Shown here: positions 38,697-47,686 of the stretch, in pieces
Layout: the number at the start of each line of letters is the position of its first letter
Position numbering within the stretch: the first letter of the stretch is position 1
Assembly: GCA_038245905.1 (NCBI GenBank)
Contig: JBBRRY010000004.1
Coordinates: 1 to 64,000 of the forward strand
Reading direction: 5' to 3'
From: Thermoanaerobaculia bacterium
GTDB taxonomy: Bacteria; Acidobacteriota; Thermoanaerobaculia; UBA5066
DNA length: 64,000 bases
Position numbers and translations under genes: made by a program
The notes under the pieces: generated by a model
What the model saw: only the letters and a program-made list of their open reading frames with translations
The model's database searches: none
Told to the model about the DNA's origin: nothing

Positions 38697-39832
38697 GTCG
38701 GGCGTCGAGTCGAGCCGTGAGCCGCCCCTCCTTGCCCTACCTCGATCTCGCGCGGGCGGCGGCGGAGGGTAAGGAGGCCTTCGAGGCCGCGCTCCTCGCA
38801 TGCGTGCGCCGCGGCCGTTACGTTCTCGGAGACGAGGTCGCGGCGTTCGAGAGGGAATGGGCGGCTTTCTGTGGGGCTCCGCACGCCGTCTCGTGCGCCA
38901 GCGGCACGGACGCGTTGACGCTGGCGCTCCTCGGCCTCGGCGTCGGGATCGGCGACGAGGTGCTCACGGTTTCGATGACCTGCGCCCCGTCGGCAGTCGG
39001 CATCCAGCGCGCGGACGCGACGCCGGTGTTCGTCGACGTGGAAGCCGATCGCCTCACGATGGATCCCTTGCGGCTCGAGACGGCCCTGACGGCCCGGACG
39101 AAGGCAATCGTGCCGGTTCACCTTTACGGGCGCATGGCGGACATGGAACGGATCGTGGCCTTCGCGAAGACGAAGGGGCTCCTCGTCGTCGAGGACTGCG
39201 CGCAGGCGCATGGCGCCGCGCTTTCGGGCTTGCCCGCGGGTTCTTTCGGCGATGCCGCCGCCTGGAGCTTCTACCCGACGAAGAACCTCGGAGCGCTCGG
39301 CGACGGCGGCGCGGTGACGACGGCCCGGCCCGAGGTCGCCGCGAAGGTCCGGAAGCTTCGCCTTTACGGCTACACGACGCGCAACGACGCGGACATCGCC
39401 GGCTTCAACAGCCGGTTCGACGAGCTTCAGGCGGCAGGCCTGCGCGTGAACCTCGGGCGGCTCGCGGCCAGGAATGCCCGCCGCGCGGAGATCGCCGCAC
39501 GCTACGACAAGGCCTTGACGTTACTCGCACCGGTCCTCCGCACGCCGCCACCCCCGCGGGCCGGCGAGACTTCCGCGCACCACCTGTACGTCGTGCGCGT
39601 CGGCGACCGCGACACGTTTCGCGCCCGCCTCGAGGCGGCCGGCGTCGGGTCCGACGTCCACTATCCGCGCGCCGTCCACGAACAGCCGGCCTTCGCGGCG
39701 CTGCCGCGGGGCCCGCTGCCGGAGACGGAACGGGCCATGCGGGAAGTCGTTTCCCTTCCTCTCTATCCACAGCTCACGGACGGCGAGGTCGAGCGCGTGA
39801 TCGAGGCCGTTCGAGCCTCAGCGGGGCGCTGA
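38693..39832 (+). CDS. DegT/DnrJ/EryC1/StrS sugar aminotransferase
   Basis: SGTDAL, PVHLYG, EDCAQAHGA, SFYPTKNLGALGDGG, NSRFDELQA, SLPLYP. Confidence 0.93.
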   Translation: MSRASSRAVSRPSLPYLDLARAAAEGKEAFEAALLACVRRGRYVLGDEVAAFEREWAAFCGAPHAVSCASGTDALTLALLGLGVGIGDEVLTVSMTCAPSAVGIQRADATPVFVDVEADRLTMDPLRLETALTARTKAIVPVHLYGRMADMERIVAFAKTKGLLVVEDCAQAHGAALSGLPAGSFGDAAAWSFYPTKNLGALGDGGAVTTARPEVAAKVRKLRLYGYTTRNDADIAGFNSRFDELQAAGLRVNLGRLAARNARRAEIAARYDKALTLLAPVLRTPPPPRAGETSAHHLYVVRVGDRDTFRARLEAAGVGSDVHYPRAVHEQPAFAALPRGPLPETERAMREVVSLPLYPQLTDGEVERVIEAVRASAGR

Positions 39833-40612
39833 CGCGCGCTCGATCCGAGTCGCCAGGAAACGCGGCGTCCCCGAAGCCCGCACGCTGGTGATTCCGTAAA
39901 CCCACAGGCCCGTCGCGACCGGCCGGCCCCTCACGCCGCCGAGAAACGTGACCGTGACGTCGAAGGGCGTCCCGGGAGCGAGGCCGAAGGTCTTCCACGG
40001 GTCCTCGATGGTCTGCGGGAGCCCCGTCAGGACGAAGCTCGAGTCGTGCAGGAGCGCACCGGTGCCCGGCGCCGTCAGCCGCACGCGGACGCGGTACGGA
40101 GCCGCGTCTCGGTCCACGCCCGGAAACGTGAATCCGAAGTGGCTCCGTTCCGCTTCGTTCGAGACGATGGGGCCAAGGAGGAGCGAATCGCCTGGGCGCG
40201 CGAGGTCTTCCCGCGTGAGTACGGGCACGTTGAGGGCAGGGACGCGGCCGCGGCGATCCACGATCGACGCCGTCACCTTGAATGGCGAGCGGCTCTCGAA
40301 ATAGAGCGAAGACGGGGTGGAAGGCGGCGTCCGGACCGGCACGCGCCGCGTTGTGCCCCCCGGCACGTCGATCAGCTCCTCTTCGGCGTCGGCGGCATCG
40401 GGCGGCCAGCGCGTGAGCCGGACGACCGCCGGTGCTCCCTCGGGAGCCGTCAGGGTGAGGTGGGCCGCCCACGGGACATAGCCGTGCGCGCGCGACCAGA
40501 AGACGACGGGCAGGAAGGCGGTATGGGTGCCGAACGGCTCGGGCGGCCGCCGGCAGCCGGTGGAGAGAAGGGCGAGAAGGACCGCCGGAAGAAGGCGCCC
40601 GCGGACGGTCAT
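39818..40612 (-). CDS. Hypothetical lipoprotein
   Basis: Lipobox-like LLSTG-C. The mature part resembles the C-terminal repeats of the S8 protease at 42529-45525. Confidence 0.6.
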   Translation of the reverse strand: MTVRGRLLPAVLLALLSTGCRRPPEPFGTHTAFLPVVFWSRAHGYVPWAAHLTLTAPEGAPAVVRLTRWPPDAADAEEELIDVPGGTTRRVPVRTPPSTPSSLYFESRSPFKVTASIVDRRGRVPALNVPVLTREDLARPGDSLLLGPIVSNEAERSHFGFTFPGVDRDAAPYRVRVRLTAPGTGALLHDSSFVLTGLPQTIEDPWKTFGLAPGTPFDVTVTFLGGVRGRPVATGLWVYGITSVRASGTPRFLATRIERASAPR

Positions 40613-41754
40613 CCTGCCCAGTACCAGTGGACGAACGCCCACAGGTAGACGACCTGCGCGAGCCCCGTGAGGACGAGCAAGGTCCGGAAGAGATCGCGCC
40701 GGGCCTGAATCCCGGCGAGGACGGCGAAGGCGGGAAACGCGGGCAGGACGTACCGCCCCGCGCTCTCGAGCGTCCCGGACGTGAAGACGATCGCAACGGT
40801 CAGAAAGACGTAGAGCGCCTCGGCGTTGCGACGCTGCCTCACGAGGAACGCGGCGAGGACGACGAAGAGAAGAAGGTAGAGCCCCTCGAGAGTTCGGGCT
40901 GGCGCCGCCCCGAGGATGCGGCCTCGCTGGATGTCCTCGATCACGGCGTGCCAGATGAGCGACGGTCCGTCGAAGATCGACTTCGTCTGTCCGCTCCAGT
41001 TGTGCTGCGCCGTCACGAAGAGGAGCGGGTCCCGAAAGCGTTTCCAGAAGTAGAGACAGAAAAGGCCGAATCCCGCCATAGGCGAGGCCGCGGCGAGTGT
41101 GGCCACTCCGAGGACGCGGGCCCGCGGACTTCCCGCGTCGCGCTCTGCCCGGAGGGCCACGAGGGCGAGATAGGGGGCGAGGACGAGGCCCGAGATGCGC
41201 GTGAGGCCGGCGAGAAGGCCGGCGAGCGCTCCGAGCGCGAGGCGGCGCCGCTCGAAGGCCTCCACGGCCGAGAGCGACAGCGCGAGAAGCAGCGCCTCCG
41301 TGTAGACGGCCGCGAAGAAGAAAGAAGTCGGAAACAGGAGGAGGACGAGGACGGCTGGCACGACGCGCGCCTCTCCGTAGTGGCGCTTCGTCCAGCTCGC
41401 GAAAAGCAGCAACGCTCCGAGGAATGCCACGGCGGAGACGAGGTTTCCGGCGTGAGACGTCTCGATTCCCGTCGCCAGCACGACGAGCCGAATGAGGCCG
41501 GGGTACAGAGGGAAGAACGCGTGGTTCGTTTCCTGTCCGACCTGGTTCGGCGGCTCCCAGTAACCGGCTTCGGCGAGGTTCACGTACCAGCCGGAGTCCC
41601 AGCGCGTGAGGGGCGTGACCCGCCTCGTGATGTCGTAGCTCCAGGGTTGCCCGGCCGACATTCCGGACAGGATCGAACCCGAGATTCCCGCGACGAGGAA
41701 GACGCCCACGAGCCAGGAAAGGCCCAGCCCGAATACCCGCTGGCGTGTCGTCAC
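40609..41754 (-). CDS. PIG-V/GT76-like membrane mannosyltransferase family protein (copy 1)
   Basis: RWDSGWYVNLA..GY, AFFPLYP, FPTSFFFAAVYTEAL, LTRISG, SAGRY. Confidence 0.82.
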   Translation of the reverse strand: MTTRQRVFGLGLSWLVGVFLVAGISGSILSGMSAGQPWSYDITRRVTPLTRWDSGWYVNLAEAGYWEPPNQVGQETNHAFFPLYPGLIRLVVLATGIETSHAGNLVSAVAFLGALLLFASWTKRHYGEARVVPAVLVLLLFPTSFFFAAVYTEALLLALSLSAVEAFERRRLALGALAGLLAGLTRISGLVLAPYLALVALRAERDAGSPRARVLGVATLAAASPMAGFGLFCLYFWKRFRDPLLFVTAQHNWSGQTKSIFDGPSLIWHAVIEDIQRGRILGAAPARTLEGLYLLLFVVLAAFLVRQRRNAEALYVFLTVAIVFTSGTLESAGRYVLPAFPAFAVLAGIQARRDLFRTLLVLTGLAQVVYLWAFVHWYWAG

Positions 41755-41782
41755 GACAGCGCGGATTATAGGGATCGCCCGC

Positions 41783-42556
41783 ATGAACCCGCGCGAATAC
41801 GAAATCATGTTCGCCCGCGAAGATGCCTACTGGTGGTATCGCGGAATGCGGTGCGTGACCCGGGCGTTCGCGCCGGGCCTCTTCGCGGCGCCTGCCGGGT
41901 CCCGGTTGCTCGACGCGGGCTGCGGTACAGGCCGCAACCTTCAGGAGCTCGAGGCCGCGGGAGGACTTGCGGTGGGCGTCGATGTTTCTCTGCGCGCGCT
42001 CGGCCTCGCGCGGCGGAGAGGCCGGACCCGGCTCGTGTGCGGCTCGATCGAGGCTCTGCCGTTTCGCGGCGGCGCGTTCCTCGGCGCGCTCTCGCGCGAC
42101 GTCCTCTACATGGTGCCCCGCCAGGAGGCCGCCCTGCGGGAGATCGCGCGAGCCCTCGAGGAAGGCGGGACGCTCGCGATCTCGTCACCCGCATTCGTCG
42201 CGCTCGCGGGCGCGCACGACGTCGCGGTCAGCGCCCTGAGACGCTACACCGCGAAAGGCCTTGAGAAGCTGCTGAAAGACGCCGGACTCTCGGTGATCCG
42301 CACGAGCTACGCCAATCTCTTCCTGGCAGGCCCTATTTGGATTCTTAGAAAGGTGACGAGAGCGAAGGCGCGCGGCCGCCCTTCCACGGAAGTCGCCTCC
42401 GAATTCCCTCTTTCTCCCAAACCATTCGAAGAAATCTTCTTCTTTCTTCTGTCTTTCGAAGCGCGCCTCGTTGCCCGCGTGCGCCTCCCGTTCGGGTCGA
42501 CGGTCTTCGTCCTGGCCGAAAAGCCCGTTCAGGGCACGAGCGTCGCGGCGAAATAG
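41783..42556 (+). CDS. Class I SAM-dependent methyltransferase
   Basis: EDAYWWYRG, LLDAGCGTG, ALPF, PAF..L.G.HD...RRYT, PFGST. Confidence 0.88.
   Translation: MNPREYEIMFAREDAYWWYRGMRCVTRAFAPGLFAAPAGSRLLDAGCGTGRNLQELEAAGGLAVGVDVSLRALGLARRRGRTRLVCGSIEALPFRGGAFLGALSRDVLYMVPRQEAALREIARALEEGGTLAISSPAFVALAGAHDVAVSALRRYTAKGLEKLLKDAGLSVIRTSYANLFLAGPIWILRKVTRAKARGRPSTEVASEFPLSPKPFEEIFFFLLSFEARLVARVRLPFGSTVFVLAEKPVQGTSVAAK
42339..42439. repeat. Inverted pair of the dispersed AT-rich motif inside the methyltransferase gene
   Basis: GGATTCTTAGAAAGG (42339-42353) ... CATTCGAAGAAATCTTC (42423-42439), followed by a pyrimidine tract. Confidence 0.65.
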
Positions 42557-45525
42557 CTGCCGTCGTTCGTCCGGTTGTCGACGAGCGTTGCCCAGGCCGT
42601 CGCGGAGCCGCCGTCGACGACGTCGACGAGCATCGACGCCTGTTCGAGCGGCGGCGTCTGCATTTCGGCGAAGACGTCGTTCCACTGGACGGCTTCGCCC
42701 GGGGAGAGCGTCAGCGCGCGGACGGCGACCACGGCGCCCGACGCCGAGACGAGAGAGACTCGGAGACGCGTCACGAGGCCTCCCGTTTCGACGAATCCGA
42801 CGTTCGTGCGCTCCCGGGGGGAGCCGGAGAGGAACGCAAGCGCGAGCGTGCGCCCCGGAACGGCGTCGGACGCGCCGGAAACGGGATCGATCGCGACGCC
42901 GTAGCTCCTCGCTCCGTCGAGCGTGTACGTGCGGCTGGAGGCGAAGAGAGCGGCGCCGTCGAGCGCGGTCAGACGCAGCGCGCCCGAGGTGTCGGAAGCG
43001 GGCGCGAAGAGCTGCCCGAGGGCGTCGTCGAGGAAACGCGTTTCGCCGCCGGCGAGCGTCACGAGGACCGGAGAAAAGGCGCCGCCCGACGCCGGCGTGA
43101 AGGTCGCCCTGATGCGCGCCGGCGCGGCTCCCGCGTTCGCAAGCTTCAGATCGGTGACGTAACGCACGCCGAGCTGGCCGTTGGACCGCGCGACCGCCGG
43201 GAGGAGGAGATCCGCGCCGGAGACGGCTGCTCCTGAGAACGCGCCGTCGTTCGAGGAGTCGTCGACGGGCGTCGCGAAGGCTGCGATGCGCCCGGCCCCC
43301 GAAAGAACGCGCACTTCGAAGCGGTCCGAGGCGCCGGGCGGGATGCCGGCGGCCGTGTAAATGTCGTTGACCTGCACGAGACCGCCGCCGGGCACCGATT
43401 CCGGCAGGACGGCACGAACGGCACCGTGCGCGTCCTTGACGACGATCTCGGCGGCGACCTCGCTCCCGGTGACCTCGGTGAGCCCGATGTTCACGCGGAA
43501 ACCCGTGCTCGCGAACACGGGGACGAGCGTGAGGGTCGTGCCCGCGCCGGCCGCCGAGGAGGGCGGCATGGCGGGAATCGAGAGACCGAAGGCGCCTCCG
43601 CGCACCGCCGTCGTGGCCGTATGGGACGCGGCGACGACGGAATCGGCCGCCGAGAGAAACAGCGGCCCGTAGCCCTCCGTCCGGAACGCGTTGCCGAGCA
43701 CGTCGTCGAGTGCCCGGGTCGAGCGGGGCGGCAAGGTGAACGACACGGTGCGCGCCGGTCCTCCCGAAGCGGGCTGGAACCTTAGCGCGACCACACGGGA
43801 GCTCACGGCGTCGGTATTGAACAGCCGGACGTCCGTCGTGAAGGAGGCGCCGAGCTTTCCCATCACGTGCGCCGAGGTGGGGATCACCGAAGTCGTGCCC
43901 GGGAACGGGACGTCGGGGGGCAACGCCTCGGGCTCGATGACGATCGCCCAGGAGACCACGCGCCCGGCGCCGGCCCCGGGCGTGTCGTCGATTACCCGGA
44001 GCCGCCACGGACCCGCGGCTGGCTTTCCCGCGAAACTGGAGAGGGGGAGGAGCGGATCGAGAGTGCGCCCGAAGACCTCCCGGAGCGCTTCGCCTGGATG
44101 GCCGCCGTGGTTCATGAGGAGAACGTTCGTGCCGTCCGGACCCGTCAGCGACACGACGAGCTGCGTGGGATCGGGATGGTCGATCGAGAGCGCGACGGTC
44201 ACCGTGGAAACGCGGCCGAGGAGCGCGGACACGACCGCCTCGCAGACGAGCGTCTCGCCGGTCCCGTCCGGAATCGAGCTGCCACCGCAGGAGCCGACGG
44301 GTGTCGTGGCGTCGAGGGCCGCGGAGAGATCGAGGCGCGGCGTGAACCGGCCCGTGCGATTGTCCAGGACCGGAACGCCCGTCGCGCGCAGAAGGTCGAA
44401 CGCGAGCGCGGGATCGGCGAGCGGCCGGGCCTGACGCGCGAGCAGCACGGCGCCGGTGGCGGCGGGTGCGGCGGCCGACGTCCCGGAGAAGATCGCGGTG
44501 CGCCCGCCGCCGGCCGCGGTCGTCGTCCACCCGACGCCCGGCGCGAGAACCGAAAGGCCGGTTCCCGACGTGCTCGCGCAGGGGACGACGTCCGGCCCGG
44601 TCAGGGCGTCCTCGCACGAAGCGGATCCACCCCACGCGACCGAACCGGAAGACGCCGAGTACACCATTCCCACCGCGGCGACGTTCGAGAAGCACGCGGG
44701 CCACGGCAGTCCCGACGTCTTGCCGTCGTTCCCGGCGGCCGCCACGACCGCGAGCCCCGCCGCGCGCGCGGCCGCGAACGTGGATGCGCCGGCCGGGTCC
44801 TCCGTGTCGCAGAACGCGCGGTGCGACGTGTCGTCGGCGAGACTGAGGTTGATCGCCTCGACGTTCCAGAGGTCGCGGTTCGAAAGCACCCAGTCCACGG
44901 ACGCGAGGACGTCGGAGGCGCGCGCGCTTCGGCATCCGTCGCGCAGGCTGAAGACCTTCAAAACGACGAGGCCGGCATCCGGCGCGATTCCCTGCGGACC
45001 CGCGATGACTCCGGCCACCTCCGTTCCGTGGCCGCTGCAGTCCGCGAGATTCCCGTCGTTGTCGGCGAAGTTCCAGCCCGGCCAGACCGAGCCCGCTCTC
45101 GGCTTGAGGTCGGGATGCGCCACATCGATTCCGCTGTCCACGACGGCGACGCTTCGGCCCCGCCCGGTCACGCCGAGGCCGAGGAGCCGGTCCGCTCCGA
45201 TTTGTGCGGTTCCGATCTGACCCGCGGGCCGCACGAGGCGGTCGTAGCCGACGTGGACGACGTCCGGCCGGAGCGCGAGGGCGGCGATCTCGGCTGCGGT
45301 CGCCCAGCCCGCGATGACCGGGACGTTCGTGAGGCGGCGCACGACGGGGAAGCCCGCGGGCTCTGCCATCCCTCTCGCCCTGAGCGAGACGACGACCGGA
45401 ATCCGTGCCTCGCCGGCTCTCACGTGCTCCGCGATCTCCTTCGACACGACAGCCGCCCGCGCGGAAGCGGGTGCGAGAGCGAGCGCGGCGGCCACCGCGG
45501 ACAGGAGGAGCGGATTGGCGTTCAT
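42529..45525 (-). CDS. Exported S8 subtilase with P-domain and duplicated C-terminal beta-sandwich modules
   Basis: Catalytic triad VVDSG / HGTEVAG / SGTSAAAP, AAAGN; P-domain (SIPD...IDHP...WRLRVID); two C-terminal repeats. Confidence 0.9.
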   Translation of the reverse strand: MNANPLLLSAVAAALALAPASARAAVVSKEIAEHVRAGEARIPVVVSLRARGMAEPAGFPVVRRLTNVPVIAGWATAAEIAALALRPDVVHVGYDRLVRPAGQIGTAQIGADRLLGLGVTGRGRSVAVVDSGIDVAHPDLKPRAGSVWPGWNFADNDGNLADCSGHGTEVAGVIAGPQGIAPDAGLVVLKVFSLRDGCRSARASDVLASVDWVLSNRDLWNVEAINLSLADDTSHRAFCDTEDPAGASTFAAARAAGLAVVAAAGNDGKTSGLPWPACFSNVAAVGMVYSASSGSVAWGGSASCEDALTGPDVVPCASTSGTGLSVLAPGVGWTTTAAGGGRTAIFSGTSAAAPAATGAVLLARQARPLADPALAFDLLRATGVPVLDNRTGRFTPRLDLSAALDATTPVGSCGGSSIPDGTGETLVCEAVVSALLGRVSTVTVALSIDHPDPTQLVVSLTGPDGTNVLLMNHGGHPGEALREVFGRTLDPLLPLSSFAGKPAAGPWRLRVIDDTPGAGAGRVVSWAIVIEPEALPPDVPFPGTTSVIPTSAHVMGKLGASFTTDVRLFNTDAVSSRVVALRFQPASGGPARTVSFTLPPRSTRALDDVLGNAFRTEGYGPLFLSAADSVVAASHTATTAVRGGAFGLSIPAMPPSSAAGAGTTLTLVPVFASTGFRVNIGLTEVTGSEVAAEIVVKDAHGAVRAVLPESVPGGGLVQVNDIYTAAGIPPGASDRFEVRVLSGAGRIAAFATPVDDSSNDGAFSGAAVSGADLLLPAVARSNGQLGVRYVTDLKLANAGAAPARIRATFTPASGGAFSPVLVTLAGGETRFLDDALGQLFAPASDTSGALRLTALDGAALFASSRTYTLDGARSYGVAIDPVSGASDAVPGRTLALAFLSGSPRERTNVGFVETGGLVTRLRVSLVSASGAVVAVRALTLSPGEAVQWNDVFAEMQTPPLEQASMLVDVVDGGSATAWATLVDNRTNDGSYFAATLVP

Positions 45526-45599
45526 GGGGAGGACACCGGACGAGACACGAGAGGAGCAAGGGACGTGCCGGAAGTGACGCGAGCCGCTAAGATCTCACT

Positions 45600-46388
45600 G
45601 TGCCGGTCTTCCCACAACCCCTCGACGTCGACGGCGGCGTGGCCGTCTTCGCCGACGCGCATCTCGGGCAGGTGGAAGGGGATGGCAGGGATTTCCTCGA
45701 CGCTCTCGAGAGGGTCCGGAGCCGCGGTTTCGGCACGGTAGTGCTCCTCGGGGACATCTTTCATTACTTCATCGGCGACCCGAAGCTCGAAACGCCCCTC
45801 CTCATGCGAACGCTCCAGGGGTTGAAAGAGGTTGCTTCACGCGGTCTTTCGCTTCGGTACGTGGAAGGGAACCGCGATTTTTTCGTCGCCGGCTCGAAGT
45901 ACGCGGAACCTTTTGCATCCTGGACGCTGGCGGACGGCCTCCGCGTCGGGCCGACGCGGTACGCGTTCGTCCATGGAGATCGCGTGAACACCGCCGACCT
46001 GCCGTACCGGTTCTGGCGCCGGATCTCGAAGAACCCGGTCGCACACGGCGTCCTGAAGGTGATCCCAGGAGCGCTCGCGCGCGCGATCGTTTCGCGCACG
46101 GAAGCGCGGCTCTACCGCTCGAACTTCCGGCACAAGAAGAGGCTGCCGGAGGCCGCGCTGCTCGCGGAAGGCCGCGCGGCTCGCAGCGCCGGATACGACG
46201 CCCTCCTCGTCGGCCACTTCCACGTCGAAAGGACGCTGGCGGATGGCGGCGCCGTCACGCACGTTCTCCCCGCGTGGCTCGAGGAGCGCAAGCACGCCGA
46301 GATCGCCGCGGACGGCACGCTGTCGATCGTTCAGGAAGAATCTGTCGAAAGGGCGAAGCGCCGGGGATTCGGAGCGCTCGAGGAGTGA
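45600..46388 (+). CDS. lpxH: UDP-2,3-diacylglucosamine diphosphatase-like metallophosphoesterase
   Basis: ADAHLG, LGDIF, EGNRDF, HGD..N..D..Y, GHFH, LPAW. Confidence 0.75.
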   Translation: MPVFPQPLDVDGGVAVFADAHLGQVEGDGRDFLDALERVRSRGFGTVVLLGDIFHYFIGDPKLETPLLMRTLQGLKEVASRGLSLRYVEGNRDFFVAGSKYAEPFASWTLADGLRVGPTRYAFVHGDRVNTADLPYRFWRRISKNPVAHGVLKVIPGALARAIVSRTEARLYRSNFRHKKRLPEAALLAEGRAARSAGYDALLVGHFHVERTLADGGAVTHVLPAWLEERKHAEIAADGTLSIVQEESVERAKRRGFGALEE

Positions 46389-47686
46389 ACGCTGCACGGC
46401 CCCTGCGGCGCGGCCGACTCTCCGGAGACCTCCTCGTCCCCGGCAGCAAGAGCATCACGAATCGCGCTCTCGTGGCTGCGGCCTGCGCGGACGGGGAGAG
46501 CACGCTGCTCAATCCGCTGGACTCGTCCGACACACGCGCTCTGGCCGCGGCGCTGACGCAGCTCGGAGCGGAGATTTTCTTTGAGGGTGTGAGATGGAGG
46601 GTGCGCGGACCGCTCCGGCCCCGCGGCGACTCGGCGCCGGAGCTCGAGATCGATGTGGGAGACGCCGGCACTCCCGCGCGCTTTCTCGGTGCACTTCTCT
46701 CCGCGCTGCCGGGGCGGTTCGTCCTCGACGGCAGCCCGCGGATGCGGGAGAGGCCCATGTCTCCTCTTTTCGAAGCAATCCGAAATCTGAGGGGAGACGT
46801 GACGTGCCTCGTGCGCGAAGGCTTCCTGCCCGCCAGGATCAGGGGTGGCTCGCTCGGCGGCGGCCACGTCGCGATCCGCGGAGACGTCTCCTCACAGTTT
46901 CTCTCGGCTCTCATGCTGATCTCGCCTCTCGTGCCGGGAGGCATCGAGCTCGAAATCGACGGACCTCTCGCGTCCGCTTCCTACCTCGCCCTGACGCGCC
47001 GCGTCCTCGAAGGTTTCGGAGCGTCCGGCGGCGGCTATCGTCCCGCGCGCTACCGCGTGCCGGGCGACGACTCGGCGGCGTGCTTTCCAATCGCGGGAGC
47101 GATTGCGTCCGGCGGGCGCGTCACGCTGCGTGGCCTCGCGCGCGATTCCGAGCAGCCGGACGCGGCCTTTCGCGCGTGGGCGGCGTCCGCCGGGGGCACG
47201 CTCGGCTGGGAGTCTTCGACGGAAGGCGAGGATGCACTCACGGTCTCGGGGCCTCCCGGTGGTGCGCAGGCGCTTCTTCCGGTCACTGTCGACGTGGACG
47301 CGGCTCCCGATGCCGCGCTCCCTCTCGCGGCGCTCGCGGCGTTCGCGGACGGGACGTCCCGGCTCACGGGCGTCGCGCGCCTGCGCGAGAAGGAGTCCGA
47401 CCGCCTCGCGGCGGCCCACGATCTCCTTACCCGCGCCGGAGCAGTGGCTCGCGAGGAGCGGGACTCGCGCGGCCCCGTCCTCGTCGTGGACGGCCGAATG
47501 GGGTTGCCGCGGGCCGCGGAGTTCGCGGCACACGGTGATCACCGCGTGGCGATGTCGGCGGCCGTTCTCGCGCTCACGCTGCCCGAGGGCTCGACGCTCG
47601 ACCATCCGGAATCGGTGGCGAAGTCATGGCCGGGATTCTGGAGCGCGTGGGACGCGCTGATCGAGGGAGATCGCGGAATCAGGTGA
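46385..47686 (+). CDS. aroA: 3-phosphoshikimate 1-carboxyvinyltransferase (EPSP synthase)
   Basis: PGSKSITNR, GDAGT.ARF, MRERPM, SSQFLSAL, LREKESDRL, DHRVAM, KSWPGF. Confidence 0.9.
   Translation: MNAARPLRRGRLSGDLLVPGSKSITNRALVAAACADGESTLLNPLDSSDTRALAAALTQLGAEIFFEGVRWRVRGPLRPRGDSAPELEIDVGDAGTPARFLGALLSALPGRFVLDGSPRMRERPMSPLFEAIRNLRGDVTCLVREGFLPARIRGGSLGGGHVAIRGDVSSQFLSALMLISPLVPGGIELEIDGPLASASYLALTRRVLEGFGASGGGYRPARYRVPGDDSAACFPIAGAIASGGRVTLRGLARDSEQPDAAFRAWAASAGGTLGWESSTEGEDALTVSGPPGGAQALLPVTVDVDAAPDAALPLAALAAFADGTSRLTGVARLREKESDRLAAAHDLLTRAGAVAREERDSRGPVLVVDGRMGLPRAAEFAAHGDHRVAMSAAVLALTLPEGSTLDHPESVAKSWPGFWSAWDALIEGDRGIR

Noticed and set aside
45522-45764. 80-aa minus-strand ORF upstream of the S8 protease
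   Set aside because: Overlaps the lpxH-like gene in antisense and has no recognisable features.
8200-46800. CRISPR array or REP/terminator interpretation of the AT-rich repeats
   Set aside because: Copies are degenerate, dispersed, mainly intragenic and not regularly interspaced. No cas genes, and the paired arms are too far apart and imperfect for terminators.
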